64,000 nucleotides of DNA from an uncultured Collinsella sp. (GCA_902490405.1 CABUDS010000010.1:142-64141), one strand, 5' to 3'; positions 18,164 to 28,291 are shown, numbered from the stretch's first letter. Numbers and translations: made by a program. The notes: generated by a model from the sequence alone, not told the origin.

Positions 18164-18380
18164 TCTCAATCTGTAACATCTAGGGCCCGAATTCCCGTCT
18201 AACTGTTACAGATCTAGACAAACCATCTTTGCACCTGTTCTTTGTCTCGATCTGTAACAGAAAGGGAGCTTTTGTCCGTCTAACTGTTACAGATCGAGAC
18301 ATTCGAATTCCCCTGAAGAGAAAATCTCAATCTGTAACAGTTACTCGGCAAAAATGGCTGCAGATGTTACAGATTGAGAC
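18164..18380. repeat. array of six 15-17-bp boxes (GTCTC[G/A]ATCTGTAACAG and its complement) arranged as three inverted pairs with about 80-bp periodicity
   Basis: Pair 1: 18164-18178 / 18204-18219 (imperfect). Pair 2: 18243-18260 / 18284-18301 (perfect 18 bp). Pair 3: 18325-18339 / 18365-18379 (perfect 15 bp). Confidence 0.85.
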
Positions 18381-18412
18381 AAAGCAGCGAGACAGGCCAC
18401 CACATCTGCAAG

Positions 18413-18447
18413 AACCACCACAAAGGTGCCTGTCCCTTTTTGGTAGG
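18413..18447 (+). repeat. degenerate copy of the 41-bp GATAAAACCTGCC... element (H6)
   Basis: aaccaccacaaaggtgCCTGTCCCTTTTTGGTAGG shares 19 nt with the right half of the H element. Confidence 0.5.
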
Positions 18448-18490
18448 AAGAATTACCCATAAGGTAAGTATGTTTCTGAGTTATTTCGTG

Positions 18491-18520
18491 TTGACCCATT
18501 TGAGCGCGATAGGGTATAAC
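18491..18520 (+). promoter_or_regulatory. candidate sigma-70-type promoter of the amino-acid ABC operon
   Basis: TTGACC, 18-nt spacer, TATAAC, about 45 nt upstream of the start at 18564. Confidence 0.4.
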
Positions 18521-18563
18521 TCTACTCAACCGCTAGGGATTTTATTGAGAAAGGTGTTCTACC

Positions 18564-19556
18564 ATGAGCAAGAACCTCTCCCAGCAGGTCGTTCTCGACC
18601 GCCGCGGCTTCGTTGCCGCCACCTTCGCAACCGTCGCCGGCCTTGGTCTTGCCGGCTGCTCCGACACCAGTGCCGAGGCCGACAAGGGTTCCGCCGGTTC
18701 CTCCAAGAGCTCCGAGGATACCGAGGTTTCCGCCACGCTCGACGCCAAGGCATTCGACAAGCTCGTCAACGACGGCCCCAAGGCCGATGATGACGCCATC
18801 GCCGCCAGCACCTGGGCTACGGCCGTCAAGGCTGCCGGCGTCTTTACGATCGGTGGCGTCCAGACCTCCACGCTCTTCTCCCTCCTCAACGAGAAGGACG
18901 GTCAGACCCGCGGCTTCGACGCCGGTATCGCACAGCTCCTGTCCAACTACATTCTGGGCGAGAACAAGGTCGAGATCACCCAGGTGACCTCGGACACGCG
19001 CGAGTCCGTCCTGCAGAACGGCCAGGTCGACGCTGTCTTTGCCACCTACACCATCACTGACGAGCGCAAGAAGCTCGTCTCCTTCGCCGGTCCCTACTAC
19101 TACACCCAGCAGGCCATCCTGGTGCTCGCCGACAACGACGACATCAAGAGCGTCGACGACCTGGCCGACAAGAACGTCGCCGTCCAGTCCGGCTCCAACG
19201 GCCCCGCCATCCTGGAGGAGTTCGCCCCCAAGGCCAGCCAACAGGAGTTCAAGACCGACGAGGAGGCCCGCCAGGCACTTCAGCAGGGCCGCGTTGACGC
19301 CTACGTCATCGACAACAACATGCAGCAGAGCGCCCTGGTCCGCGAGCCCGGTAAGTACAAGATTGCCGGCAAGCCCTTCGGCAGCAAGGAGCCCTATGGC
19401 ATTGGCCTGCCACTCGATTCCGACGGTGTCGCCTTTGTCAACGACTTCCTTAAGAAGATCGAGGATGACGGCACCTGGACCGAGCTGTGGCAGATCTGCA
19501 TTGGCGACCGTACGGGCGACACCAATGTTCCCGAGCTGCCCGAGATCGGCGCCTAG
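18564..19556 (+). CDS. amino-acid ABC transporter substrate-binding lipoprotein (family 3 SBP)
   Basis: 330 aa. Signal peptide with lipobox GLGLAGCS. The GFD.G...Y..GVDAV region is typical of polar amino-acid binding proteins. Confidence 0.9.
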   Translation: MSKNLSQQVVLDRRGFVAATFATVAGLGLAGCSDTSAEADKGSAGSSKSSEDTEVSATLDAKAFDKLVNDGPKADDDAIAASTWATAVKAAGVFTIGGVQTSTLFSLLNEKDGQTRGFDAGIAQLLSNYILGENKVEITQVTSDTRESVLQNGQVDAVFATYTITDERKKLVSFAGPYYYTQQAILVLADNDDIKSVDDLADKNVAVQSGSNGPAILEEFAPKASQQEFKTDEEARQALQQGRVDAYVIDNNMQQSALVREPGKYKIAGKPFGSKEPYGIGLPLDSDGVAFVNDFLKKIEDDGTWTELWQICIGDRTGDTNVPELPEIGA

Positions 19557-19644
19557 GCAGCGAGCCTAGTAACGGCCGCTACGAAACCATACGGAAACGC
19601 ACGATGCGCTTTATTGCGCTAAACTGTTTCCTCACTGAGTTGTC

Positions 19645-19678
19645 GGGGCTTCCGTACACACGGGAGCCCCTTTCCTTA
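19645..19678 (+). terminator. intra-operon stem-loop (attenuator/terminator) after the SBP gene
   Basis: GGGGCTTCCG-tacaca-CGGGAGCCCC followed by TTTCCTTA. Confidence 0.4.
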
Positions 19679-19694
19679 CCGGCGGGAGGTCCGC

Positions 19695-20354
19695 ATGAGT
19701 CTCTCCGAGCTCTGGTCGCTCTATGGCCAGAACTATATCGACGCGCTGCTAGCAACCTGGGGCATGACGCTTGAGTCGTTTGCCATCGCCATGGTGCTGG
19801 CCGTCGCCGTCACCGTGATGCGCGTGTCGCCGCTCAAGCCGCTGCGCGTCTTTGGCGACCTGTATGTCCAGGTCTTCCGTAACATCCCCGGCATCGCGCT
19901 GCTCATTATCGTCGTCTATGCGCTGCCCCCGCTCAAGGTCGTCCTGCCCTACCGCACCTGCGTCATCGTCGCCACGGTGTTGCTGGGCTCGGCCTTTGGC
20001 TCCGAGAACTTTATGAGCGGCATCAACACCGTCGGCGTCGGTCAGGTAGAAGCCGCCCGTTCGCTCGGCATGAGCTTCAACCGTATCCTCGCCAAGATCG
20101 TGATTCCGCAGGCGCTGCGCTCGAGCGTGCTGCCCATGACCAACCTCTTTATCGCCGTCATGCTCACCACCGCGCTCGGCAGTCAGGTACCGCTTAAACC
20201 GCAGGAGCTCACCGGCGTGGTGAGCTACATCAACACGCGCTCGCTCGGCGGCGTCGCCGCGTTCTTTATCTCGGCGCTTGGCTACCTGGGCACGGCCTTT
20301 GTGGTGAGCCACATTGGCAACTACATCGATAAGAAGGTGAGGATCCTCCGATGA
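19695..20354 (+). CDS. amino-acid ABC transporter permease
   Basis: 219 aa hydrophobic protein with a His/Glu/Gln/Arg-type permease layout and a GGGAGG RBS. Confidence 0.9.
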   Translation: MSLSELWSLYGQNYIDALLATWGMTLESFAIAMVLAVAVTVMRVSPLKPLRVFGDLYVQVFRNIPGIALLIIVVYALPPLKVVLPYRTCVIVATVLLGSAFGSENFMSGINTVGVGQVEAARSLGMSFNRILAKIVIPQALRSSVLPMTNLFIAVMLTTALGSQVPLKPQELTGVVSYINTRSLGGVAAFFISALGYLGTAFVVSHIGNYIDKKVRILR

Positions 20355-21184
20355 GTAAACATTCCTCCCCTGCACTTACCATGCGCGATGCGCTCTACGA
20401 GGCTCCCGGCCCCAAGATGCGCGCCAAGATTCGCGTCGGCACCGCCATCTCACTTGTTGCCGTGGCCGCGCTCATCGCTCTGGTACTGCAGCGCTTTTAC
20501 GTGACCGGCCAGCTTTCGGTCCATTACTGGTACTTCTTTACGCACCTCACCACCTGGAAGTTCCTGCTTGCCGGTTTTGAGGGCACCGTTAAAGTCGCAC
20601 TCACCGCCGGCGTCATTGCGCTGGTACTGGGCTTAGCCCTTATGCTCGGCCGCACCAGCGACATTAAGCCGCTGCAGCTGGTCTGCCGCGTGCTCACCGA
20701 TTTCTTCCGTGGCGTGCCGAGCCTTCTGTTCATCTACTTCTTCTTTTTGGTGCTGCCCCAGTACAAGATCGCACTGCCGTCGTTTTGGATGCTCACGCTT
20801 CCCGTCGCGCTCGCTGCGGCCGGCGTACTGGCCGAGATCTTCCGTGCCGGCGTCAATGCCGTGCCGCGCGGCCAGGTCGAGGCCGCCCAGGCGCTCGGTC
20901 TCTCCAAGGCTAAAATCACCTTTAAAATCGTGCTGCCGCAGGCCATTCGGTTTATCATTCCGTCGTTGATTTCGCAGCTTGTGGTCGTCGTCAAAGACAC
21001 CACCGTCGCCTACGTGGTGAGCTACCCCGACCTTATGCAAAACGCCCGCGTGCTCATTACCAACTACGACGCCCTCGTGTCGGTCTACCTAGTGATCGCG
21101 GTCATCTATATCCTCATCAACGTCGCAATCAACAAGGCCGCTGTCTACGTTTCGCGCAAGACCGGCGCGACCATCATTCGCTAA
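20351..21184 (+). CDS. amino-acid ABC transporter permease
   Basis: 277 aa. Overlaps the previous gene by 4 nt (ATGA). EAA-like loop VEAAQALGLSK. Confidence 0.9.
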   Translation: MSKHSSPALTMRDALYEAPGPKMRAKIRVGTAISLVAVAALIALVLQRFYVTGQLSVHYWYFFTHLTTWKFLLAGFEGTVKVALTAGVIALVLGLALMLGRTSDIKPLQLVCRVLTDFFRGVPSLLFIYFFFLVLPQYKIALPSFWMLTLPVALAAAGVLAEIFRAGVNAVPRGQVEAAQALGLSKAKITFKIVLPQAIRFIIPSLISQLVVVVKDTTVAYVVSYPDLMQNARVLITNYDALVSVYLVIAVIYILINVAINKAAVYVSRKTGATIIR

Positions 21185-21220
21185 CGATTTACCATTTCGA
21201 GTCATAAGGAGCCGAGCACC

Positions 21221-21985
<765 letters not shown>

Positions 21986-22037
21986 CCCAATTGCCATATC
22001 CGCTCGCCATGACCATCCAAACTCGAAAGCAACACCT

Positions 22038-22847
22038 ATGATCGGAACTCGCACTTCATCGTCATACACCCCGCACGTCAACGTCGACCCCGCCGACCGT
22101 CCGCTCATCCTGGTGGCGCCGCGCTGGGAAGAGGCGAAGCCGTTTTTAAGCGAAACGCTCTCCCCCAACGAGGAAATCGCAAGTGTCTTTGTCGATGCCA
22201 TCCTTGCCGCCGGCGGCCTGCCGCTGCAGATGTCCATCACCGAGGACATTGAGGTCATCCGTCATTACGTCGATATCGCCGACGGCATCGCCATTCCCGG
22301 CGGCCCCGATGTCAACCCCAAACGTTGGGGCGATGATCGACCCTACGACCCCACCCTCTGCTGCGAGATCCGCGATAGCTTTGAGTTTAAGCTGGTCGGC
22401 GAGGTACTCCGCGCCAAAAAGCCGCTCTTTACCACCTGCCGCGGCACGCAGTTGCTCAATGTCGCCACTGGCGGCACCCTGTGCATGGACGTGCCGAGCC
22501 TGGGCGCTCGCGAGGGCCGCACGCAGTGGCGCCATACCCACGTGCTCAACGACCCCGTGCATCCCGTCGAGGTCGTGCCGGGCTCGCTGTTGGAGCGCGC
22601 GCTTGGCGGGCACAGGCTGATCCAGACCAACTCGGCACATCACTGCTGCGTCGACCGTCTGGGTAAGAGCACGCGCTTGGTCGCCAAGGCAACCGACGGC
22701 GTTCCCGAGTGCATCGAAGTCGAAGGCCAGCCTTTCTGCCTGGGCGTGCAATGGCATCCCGAGTACACCTGGAAGACGCTCGAAACCGACTTTAACCTGT
22801 GGAAGTCGTTTGTCGAGGCGGCGGCCAAGGTAAAGCAGGCCCGCTAG
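22038..22847 (+). CDS. class I glutamine amidotransferase-like peptidase C26 (gamma-glutamyl hydrolase, PuuD-like)
   Basis: Cys nucleophile context TTCRGTQLLNVATGG and His context LGVQWHPE. The start at the internal ATG 22038 is uncertain because the RBS is weak. Confidence 0.8.
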   Translation: MIGTRTSSSYTPHVNVDPADRPLILVAPRWEEAKPFLSETLSPNEEIASVFVDAILAAGGLPLQMSITEDIEVIRHYVDIADGIAIPGGPDVNPKRWGDDRPYDPTLCCEIRDSFEFKLVGEVLRAKKPLFTTCRGTQLLNVATGGTLCMDVPSLGAREGRTQWRHTHVLNDPVHPVEVVPGSLLERALGGHRLIQTNSAHHCCVDRLGKSTRLVAKATDGVPECIEVEGQPFCLGVQWHPEYTWKTLETDFNLWKSFVEAAAKVKQAR

Positions 22848-22868
22848 CTCGCGAACCGCACAACAGAT

Positions 22869-22913
22869 AAGGGCGCCCCGCCGGCCACATGGTCCGGCGG
22901 GGCGCCCTTTTGC
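22869..22913. terminator. bidirectional terminator between convergent genes
   Basis: AAGGGCGCCCCGCCGG-ccacatggt-CCGGCGGGGCGCCCTT followed by TTG; 16-bp perfect stem. Confidence 0.75.
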
Positions 22914-22952
22914 CTATACGCGGCTGGCACGCAGCCCAAGGCTCGCAAGCTC

Positions 22953-23309
22953 TTATTCGGCCGCCTCGCGCAGGGCCGACATCGTTGCCGCATATTGCTG
23001 CTGCAGCGCATGCATTCCCTCGCGAGCGCCGTCAACGGCATCGGCGCCGCGCAGCGCCTCGGTCACCACGACCGCCGGCTCGTACAGATTATCGAATCCC
23101 AGATTCTGGCTCACGCCTTTGAGCGTATGCGCTGCCATAAACGCACTCTCGGCGTCTCCTGCCGCCATGGCAGCCTCCAGCTTGTCCATGCTCTCGTCAT
23201 CCAAAAACTTGAGGGCAAAGCGGGCAAGCATTTCCTCGCCCATCAGCCGAGCGCACGCGTCGTCATAATTAGCGCCGATCTTCTCATACGCCTCACGCAT
23301 GGAAATCAT
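22953..23309 (-). CDS. Hpt (histidine phosphotransfer) domain protein
   Basis: 118 aa with the AAHTLKGVSQNLG phospho-His motif and an AAGGAG RBS. Confidence 0.8.
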   Translation of the reverse strand: MISMREAYEKIGANYDDACARLMGEEMLARFALKFLDDESMDKLEAAMAAGDAESAFMAAHTLKGVSQNLGFDNLYEPAVVVTEALRGADAVDGAREGMHALQQQYAATMSALREAAE

Positions 23310-23332
23310 GGATTAAAACTCCTTTGGTCAAA

Positions 23333-25213
23333 CTAAATCGTGGGAAACGCGACGACATCGGCGGGGCGTGCCAATGTCTCAGCAATACGATCTTGCACCT
23401 CGAGCAGGCAGTCGAGCAACAGCGGGTTAAAGGTGCCGCACTCACCGTCCAGAATCATCTGGATCGCCTCCTTGTGCGGGATAGCGTCCTTGTACACGCG
23501 CACGCTCGTCAGCGCATCATACACATCGGCCACCGAGACCACCTGCGCGGCGATGGGGATATCGTCGCCCTTAAGGCCATCGGGATAACCCCTGCCGTCC
23601 CAGCGCTCGTGATGCCAACGCGCAATCTGGTACGCATATTCCATAAGCGCATTGCCAACGTGATGGCGGCCCAACTCAAGCAACATGTCGGCGCCGATCG
23701 TGGTATGCGTCTTCATAATCTCGAACTCCTCGGGCGTAAGACGCCCGGGTTTGTTGAGAATCGCATCGTCAATCGACATCTTGCCGATATCGTGCAGCGC
23801 CGAAGCCAAGGCAATCGTGGAGCGTTCCTCATTGTCGAGGGAGATGGTGCCGCTACGCTGGACCAGACAGTCAAGCAGCAGCTCGGTCAGCTTTTCGATA
23901 TTCGTAACGTGCCTGCCGCTCTCGCCATTGCGAAGCTCCATGACGCCAGCCATGATGTCGATGAGCATACGACTGTTCTTGACGCGCTCGTTGTACTGCT
24001 GGGACAGCAGGCTCGTCAGTCGGCGCTGTTTGGCGTATAGGCGGATGGTGTTGCTTACACGGCGGCGCACGACACGGGAGTCAAACGGGCGGCTGATATA
24101 GTCCGAGGCGCCCAGCTCGTACGCGCGCAGAACCACATCGTCGGAATCTTCGCTCGAGATCATGATGACAGGCAGATTGTTGATACCCGATCGGCGCGAC
24201 AGATCGGCCAGCACCCCAAAGCCGCTTATGCCCGACATCACAATGTCCAGCAGCACAAGCGACAACTCATCGCCATGGCGGTCGACCATGTCGAGCGCCG
24301 TACGACCGTTATCGGCCTCGAGGATGCAATACTCGTCCTTGAGCATCTCGTTGAGAATGGCTCGGTTCATCTCGGAGTCATCAACAATAAGCACCAAAGG
24401 CTTTTCGCTTTGGAAGGCCTCGATGGAATCGGCATCGGTCACGACCGTACCGGCTTTTGCCTTAGCACGGCTCAGTAACTGGACAGCGCGGCCAACGCCC
24501 TCATCGACCGTCTCGCCATGAATGCGAACGCCACCAACACATGCCGTCAAACTCACGTACTCATGGCCCGGAATAATCGTGGAACGAACGGCATCGGATA
24601 CCTGATGCAGACGACGGGTAAAGTCATCGGAGGGAATATTGGGCATGACGACCACAAACTTGTCGCAGCCATAGCGCACAAGCTCGTCAGTCGAACGAAT
24701 TCCACTGCGTATGGCTGTCGCCACAGCACCGAGCGCAAGGTCGCCGGCATGACGGCCACACGTATCGTTGAAGACCCTAAAATCATCAAGGTCGATCACC
24801 GCAACGCCGGCCTTCATGCGCGCGCTACGGAGCTTTACCTCGTAATATCGACGATTGTGCACGCTCGTCAGCACGTCGGTGTAGACAAGGTCCTCTTCTG
24901 CAGCCTCTTGCTCATCAATCGGACGCACCATCAGCAGGACGTGAGGCTCGCCCTCGACCTTTAGAGGGCGCAAACGGGCGCGGTACTCAATACCATCATT
25001 GAGCAGCTGCTCCGACACCTCACCCGAATCTGCCAAGGCCTCAAGACTCGACTGACGCAGACAAGGGCAGCGATCGCCGGCGAGCAAGCAGTTAGGCTCG
25101 CTCTTAATCTGATCGGCCGACAGCAAACGCACCACGGGGTAGGTCTTCGCGACGCGGGCGACCTCGGCGGCAGCCTCCTCGTCGGTTAGAGTGACCTCGT
25201 GATTATTGAGCAT
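23333..25213 (-). CDS. multidomain signalling protein: degenerate GGDEF + REC receiver + HD-GYP phosphodiesterase
   Basis: GGDEF-like region with RYGCDKF in place of GG[D/E]EF. REC (LIVDDSEMNR...LVLLDIVM). HD-GYP (LHDIGK...HHERWDGRGYPDG). Confidence 0.85.
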   Translation of the reverse strand: MLNNHEVTLTDEEAAAEVARVAKTYPVVRLLSADQIKSEPNCLLAGDRCPCLRQSSLEALADSGEVSEQLLNDGIEYRARLRPLKVEGEPHVLLMVRPIDEQEAAEEDLVYTDVLTSVHNRRYYEVKLRSARMKAGVAVIDLDDFRVFNDTCGRHAGDLALGAVATAIRSGIRSTDELVRYGCDKFVVVMPNIPSDDFTRRLHQVSDAVRSTIIPGHEYVSLTACVGGVRIHGETVDEGVGRAVQLLSRAKAKAGTVVTDADSIEAFQSEKPLVLIVDDSEMNRAILNEMLKDEYCILEADNGRTALDMVDRHGDELSLVLLDIVMSGISGFGVLADLSRRSGINNLPVIMISSEDSDDVVLRAYELGASDYISRPFDSRVVRRRVSNTIRLYAKQRRLTSLLSQQYNERVKNSRMLIDIMAGVMELRNGESGRHVTNIEKLTELLLDCLVQRSGTISLDNEERSTIALASALHDIGKMSIDDAILNKPGRLTPEEFEIMKTHTTIGADMLLELGRHHVGNALMEYAYQIARWHHERWDGRGYPDGLKGDDIPIAAQVVSVADVYDALTSVRVYKDAIPHKEAIQMILDGECGTFNPLLLDCLLEVQDRIAETLARPADVVAFPTI

Positions 25214-25424
25214 ATGGGGCCCTTTCGATAGTTTCGCATGGTAGCGGTGGGTTCCAAATGCTACAAGGGTAACACCTTGCCGATGCAGGTAAGCACGTGA
25301 ATACTGTTACATTTTTATGAGTTGGCAGACGGCGCGATTGAAGCCGCAAACGTGAGGTTTTGAGCACATTTGTTAACACGGCCGAGACGTTTGCGGAAGA
25401 AGCCTGCTTTGGCTATTGCGGGTG

Positions 25425-26222
25425 CTAGAACCCCAGAATGCCACGAACAGCCCGGGCAGCCGCTGCCGGGCGATCGCGCAGGCCGTTGTGCGCCCCGGGA
25501 ACCGTCACGAGCGGACAGTCCAAAAGCTCAGCCGCCATCCTCGTGCCCGCCTCGCGGGGCGTACCAATCGAGAGCTCGCCCAGGAGCACAGCGGCCACCG
25601 TTTTCGACGCACGAGCGCTATCCCAATCGGGAACGCAGGTCATAGTAATCCCGTATTCGTTTGCCATGAAACTGCGGCCGTTGCGCAGGGCATGCTTGGC
25701 TTCCGCCTCGGTTATCTTGGGGGCCTCGGGGTCCGAATCGCCGATGGCGCCCAGGAAGGCCCGTAATGCCCTGGAGACCTTTCCCGCAGCAATCATCTCG
25801 AGCAAAACCGGAGCCGCGCCCAGGCCGGCACCCTCGTTTGTCACGGCGGGTTCATGCAGAATCGCACGCGAAATTATGACGGGGTTTGCACGGAGAAGCT
25901 CCAGGGTCACCAACGTACCGGCACTGTGCGCGAGCACGTTTGCCGGAGCGCCAATATGCTCGATAACGGCCTGCAGGTCGGCGGCCTGAGCGGCGAGGTC
26001 GTAGCGTCCGTCCGCAGCGTCGCCGCTCTCGCCGCAACCGCGGCGGTCGTAGGCAATGACGCGATAGTCGTAGGCGAGCTCGCGGGCGATGCCGTCAAAA
26101 AAGACACCGTCGACGCACGCACCGTGCACACACACCAAGGCGGGTGTATCGGACGATACATCCGGGCCGGCATACTCGCGGCAGGCGATCGTAGTGCCCG
26201 CATTCTCGACCGTAAAATCCAT
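25425..26222 (-). CDS. alpha/beta-fold hydrolase
   Basis: 265 aa. HG oxyanion region VCVHGA and nucleophile elbow AHSAG. Confidence 0.8.
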   Translation of the reverse strand: MDFTVENAGTTIACREYAGPDVSSDTPALVCVHGACVDGVFFDGIARELAYDYRVIAYDRRGCGESGDAADGRYDLAAQAADLQAVIEHIGAPANVLAHSAGTLVTLELLRANPVIISRAILHEPAVTNEGAGLGAAPVLLEMIAAGKVSRALRAFLGAIGDSDPEAPKITEAEAKHALRNGRSFMANEYGITMTCVPDWDSARASKTVAAVLLGELSIGTPREAGTRMAAELLDCPLVTVPGAHNGLRDRPAAAARAVRGILGF

Positions 26223-26457
26223 ACTGTGGTCCCATCGTCAACGCCACCAGGCCGTGCCGGGGTGTAGCTTGGCCAGATAGCGTCATTTTGTGCGTACATG
26301 AATGCGCTTACTGTACCCGACTCTCACCCTTTCATGACAGGGTTTCGAAAACTCACCCGACTGCACGGTTTCTGCCTAAACAACAGCACCCAAACCCGCG
26401 ACCCACATGAAGGCCGATGCTATGCTTAAGCTCAACTGTCCCAAGGAGCATATGCCT

Positions 26458-27234
26458 ATGTCTACGTTTTTAAATGCCAGCCCCATCTTTGGGCCCGTCC
26501 GCAGCCGTCGCCTGGGCCTTTCGCTCGGTGTCAACATGATGCCGGCGAGCGGCAAGATCTGCACGTTCGACTGCATCTATTGCGAGAACGGCCTCAACGC
26601 CGAGCGCCCCTGCCACAAGCCGTATAACACAGCTGCCGTGGTACTCGACGCACTCGAGACCAAATTGTGCGAGATGGCAGTCGAGGGTGAGCTGCCCGAT
26701 GTGATCACGTTTGCCGGCAACGGCGAGCCCACCGCCGCACCGGAGTTTCCGCAGGCCATCGCCGGCGCTGTCGCGCTTCGCGACCAGCTGGCACCAAACA
26801 CCAAGATTGCCGTGCTTTCCAACGGCACGCGCGCCGACCGCCCCGAGGTGCACGATGCGCTCATGATGGTCGACGACAACATCCTCAAGCTCGATACGGT
26901 CGACCCGGCATTTATCCAGCTGCTCGACCAGCCCGTTGGCCCCTACGATGTAGAGCACCAGATCGAAACGTTTGCGAGCTTTAGCGGTCACGTCATTATC
27001 CAGACGATGTTTTTGAGCGGTGAGTACCGGGGCAGGTCTCTCGATAACACCGGCGAGGAGTACGTTGGCCCTTGGCTCGCGGCGCTCGAACGCATTCGTC
27101 CGCAGGAGGCGACCATCTACACGGTGGCGCGCGAGACACCGATCGCTGGCCTTGCCAAGGCAGCACCCGACGTCCTCGATGCCATTGCCGCGCGCGTCCA
27201 AGCCCTCGGCATCCCCTGCCAGGTGAGCTACTAG
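26458..27234 (+). CDS. radical SAM protein of unknown function
   Basis: CTFDCIYC (CxxxCxxC) near the N-terminus. Start placed at the ATG 9 nt after AAGGAG; the ORF opens at 26407. Confidence 0.8.
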   Translation: MSTFLNASPIFGPVRSRRLGLSLGVNMMPASGKICTFDCIYCENGLNAERPCHKPYNTAAVVLDALETKLCEMAVEGELPDVITFAGNGEPTAAPEFPQAIAGAVALRDQLAPNTKIAVLSNGTRADRPEVHDALMMVDDNILKLDTVDPAFIQLLDQPVGPYDVEHQIETFASFSGHVIIQTMFLSGEYRGRSLDNTGEEYVGPWLAALERIRPQEATIYTVARETPIAGLAKAAPDVLDAIAARVQALGIPCQVSY

Positions 27235-27275
27235 CAAAACCACGCAGCAGCTAGTGCCCGCCATCCCGCTCCATC

Positions 27276-27342
27276 AGTTGCGGTGATATAGTTCCTATTT
27301 GTGCTGTTAAACCGCTTAAATCGGAACTATATCACCGCAACT
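27276..27342. repeat. AGTTGCGGTGA-type inverted-repeat element, copy G1
   Basis: agttgcggtgatatagttcc (27276-27295) is the exact reverse complement of ggaactatatcaccgcaact (27323-27342). TTTTAT follows on the plus strand. Confidence 0.85.
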
Positions 27343-27394
27343 TTTATGGACGCGTGGGTGGGCTATACTAGCTGCGAATGAAAGGAAGTTAGCC

Positions 27395-28282
27395 ATGTTT
27401 GACAACGGACCCGTGCCTGGCCGCAACGACGCTTGCTGGTGCGGCAGCGGCAAGAAATACAAGAAATGCCATAGCGCCTTTGATGAGCGCCTCGAGCGCT
27501 TGTGGGAAGAGGGCTGGGAGGTTCTGCCCCGCACGCTCTACAAGACGCCCGCCGACATCGAGGGCATCAAGCGCTCCGCCGCCATCAACGTGGGCGTGCT
27601 CGACTACGTAGGCGAACACATCGCCGCGGGCATGACCACCAACCAGATCGACCAGATGATCTACGACTATACCGTCGAGCACGGTGGCACGCCGGCCGAC
27701 CTCAACTACGAGGGCTACCCCAAGAGCGTATGCACCTCGATCAACGACGTGGTCTGCCACGGCATCCCCTGCGATGCGGACGTGCTGCACGAGGGCGACA
27801 TCATCAACGTCGACTGCTCCACGATCTTGGACGGCTACTTTAGCGACTCGAGCCGCATGTTCTGCATCGGCGAGGTCTCTGCCGAGCGCCAGCGCCTGGT
27901 CGACGTCACCCGCGCCAGCGTGGAGGCGGGTCTGGCTGCCGTCAAGCCGTGGCTGCCGCTCTCCGTTATGGCCGAGGCCGTGCAAAAGACGGTCGAGGAC
28001 GCCGGTTTTAGCGTGGTGCGCGAGTACGGCGGACACGGCATTGGCAAGGAGTTCCACGAGGACCCGTTTGTAGGCTTTACCACCGAGGCGCCCGATGTGG
28101 ACACCATCATGGCCCCGGGTATGGTCTTTACCATCGAGCCCATGGTCAATGCCGGAGCGCCCGACATCAAGATTAGCAAGGGCGACGGCTGGTGTGTGCG
28201 CACCAAGGACGGCAGCGATTCGGCCCAGTGCGAGGTACAGCTCGTAGTGACCGAGGACGGCTACGAGCTGCTGAGCTGGTAG
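27395..28282 (+). CDS. map: type I methionyl aminopeptidase with an N-terminal SEC-C zinc motif
   Basis: CWCGSGKKYKKCH, then MetAP core motifs (DIINVD, GHGIG). Confidence 0.95.
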   Translation: MFDNGPVPGRNDACWCGSGKKYKKCHSAFDERLERLWEEGWEVLPRTLYKTPADIEGIKRSAAINVGVLDYVGEHIAAGMTTNQIDQMIYDYTVEHGGTPADLNYEGYPKSVCTSINDVVCHGIPCDADVLHEGDIINVDCSTILDGYFSDSSRMFCIGEVSAERQRLVDVTRASVEAGLAAVKPWLPLSVMAEAVQKTVEDAGFSVVREYGGHGIGKEFHEDPFVGFTTEAPDVDTIMAPGMVFTIEPMVNAGAPDIKISKGDGWCVRTKDGSDSAQCEVQLVVTEDGYELLSW

Positions 28283-28291
28283 CCGTGGATG

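Noticed and set aside
18164-18380. Possible small CRISPR array, because of regularly spaced repeats.
   Set aside because: The repeats alternate in orientation (inverted pairs) rather than being direct. They are only 15-18 bp, the spacers share sequence (CCGTCTAAC, GAATTCCC), and no cas genes or leader are present.
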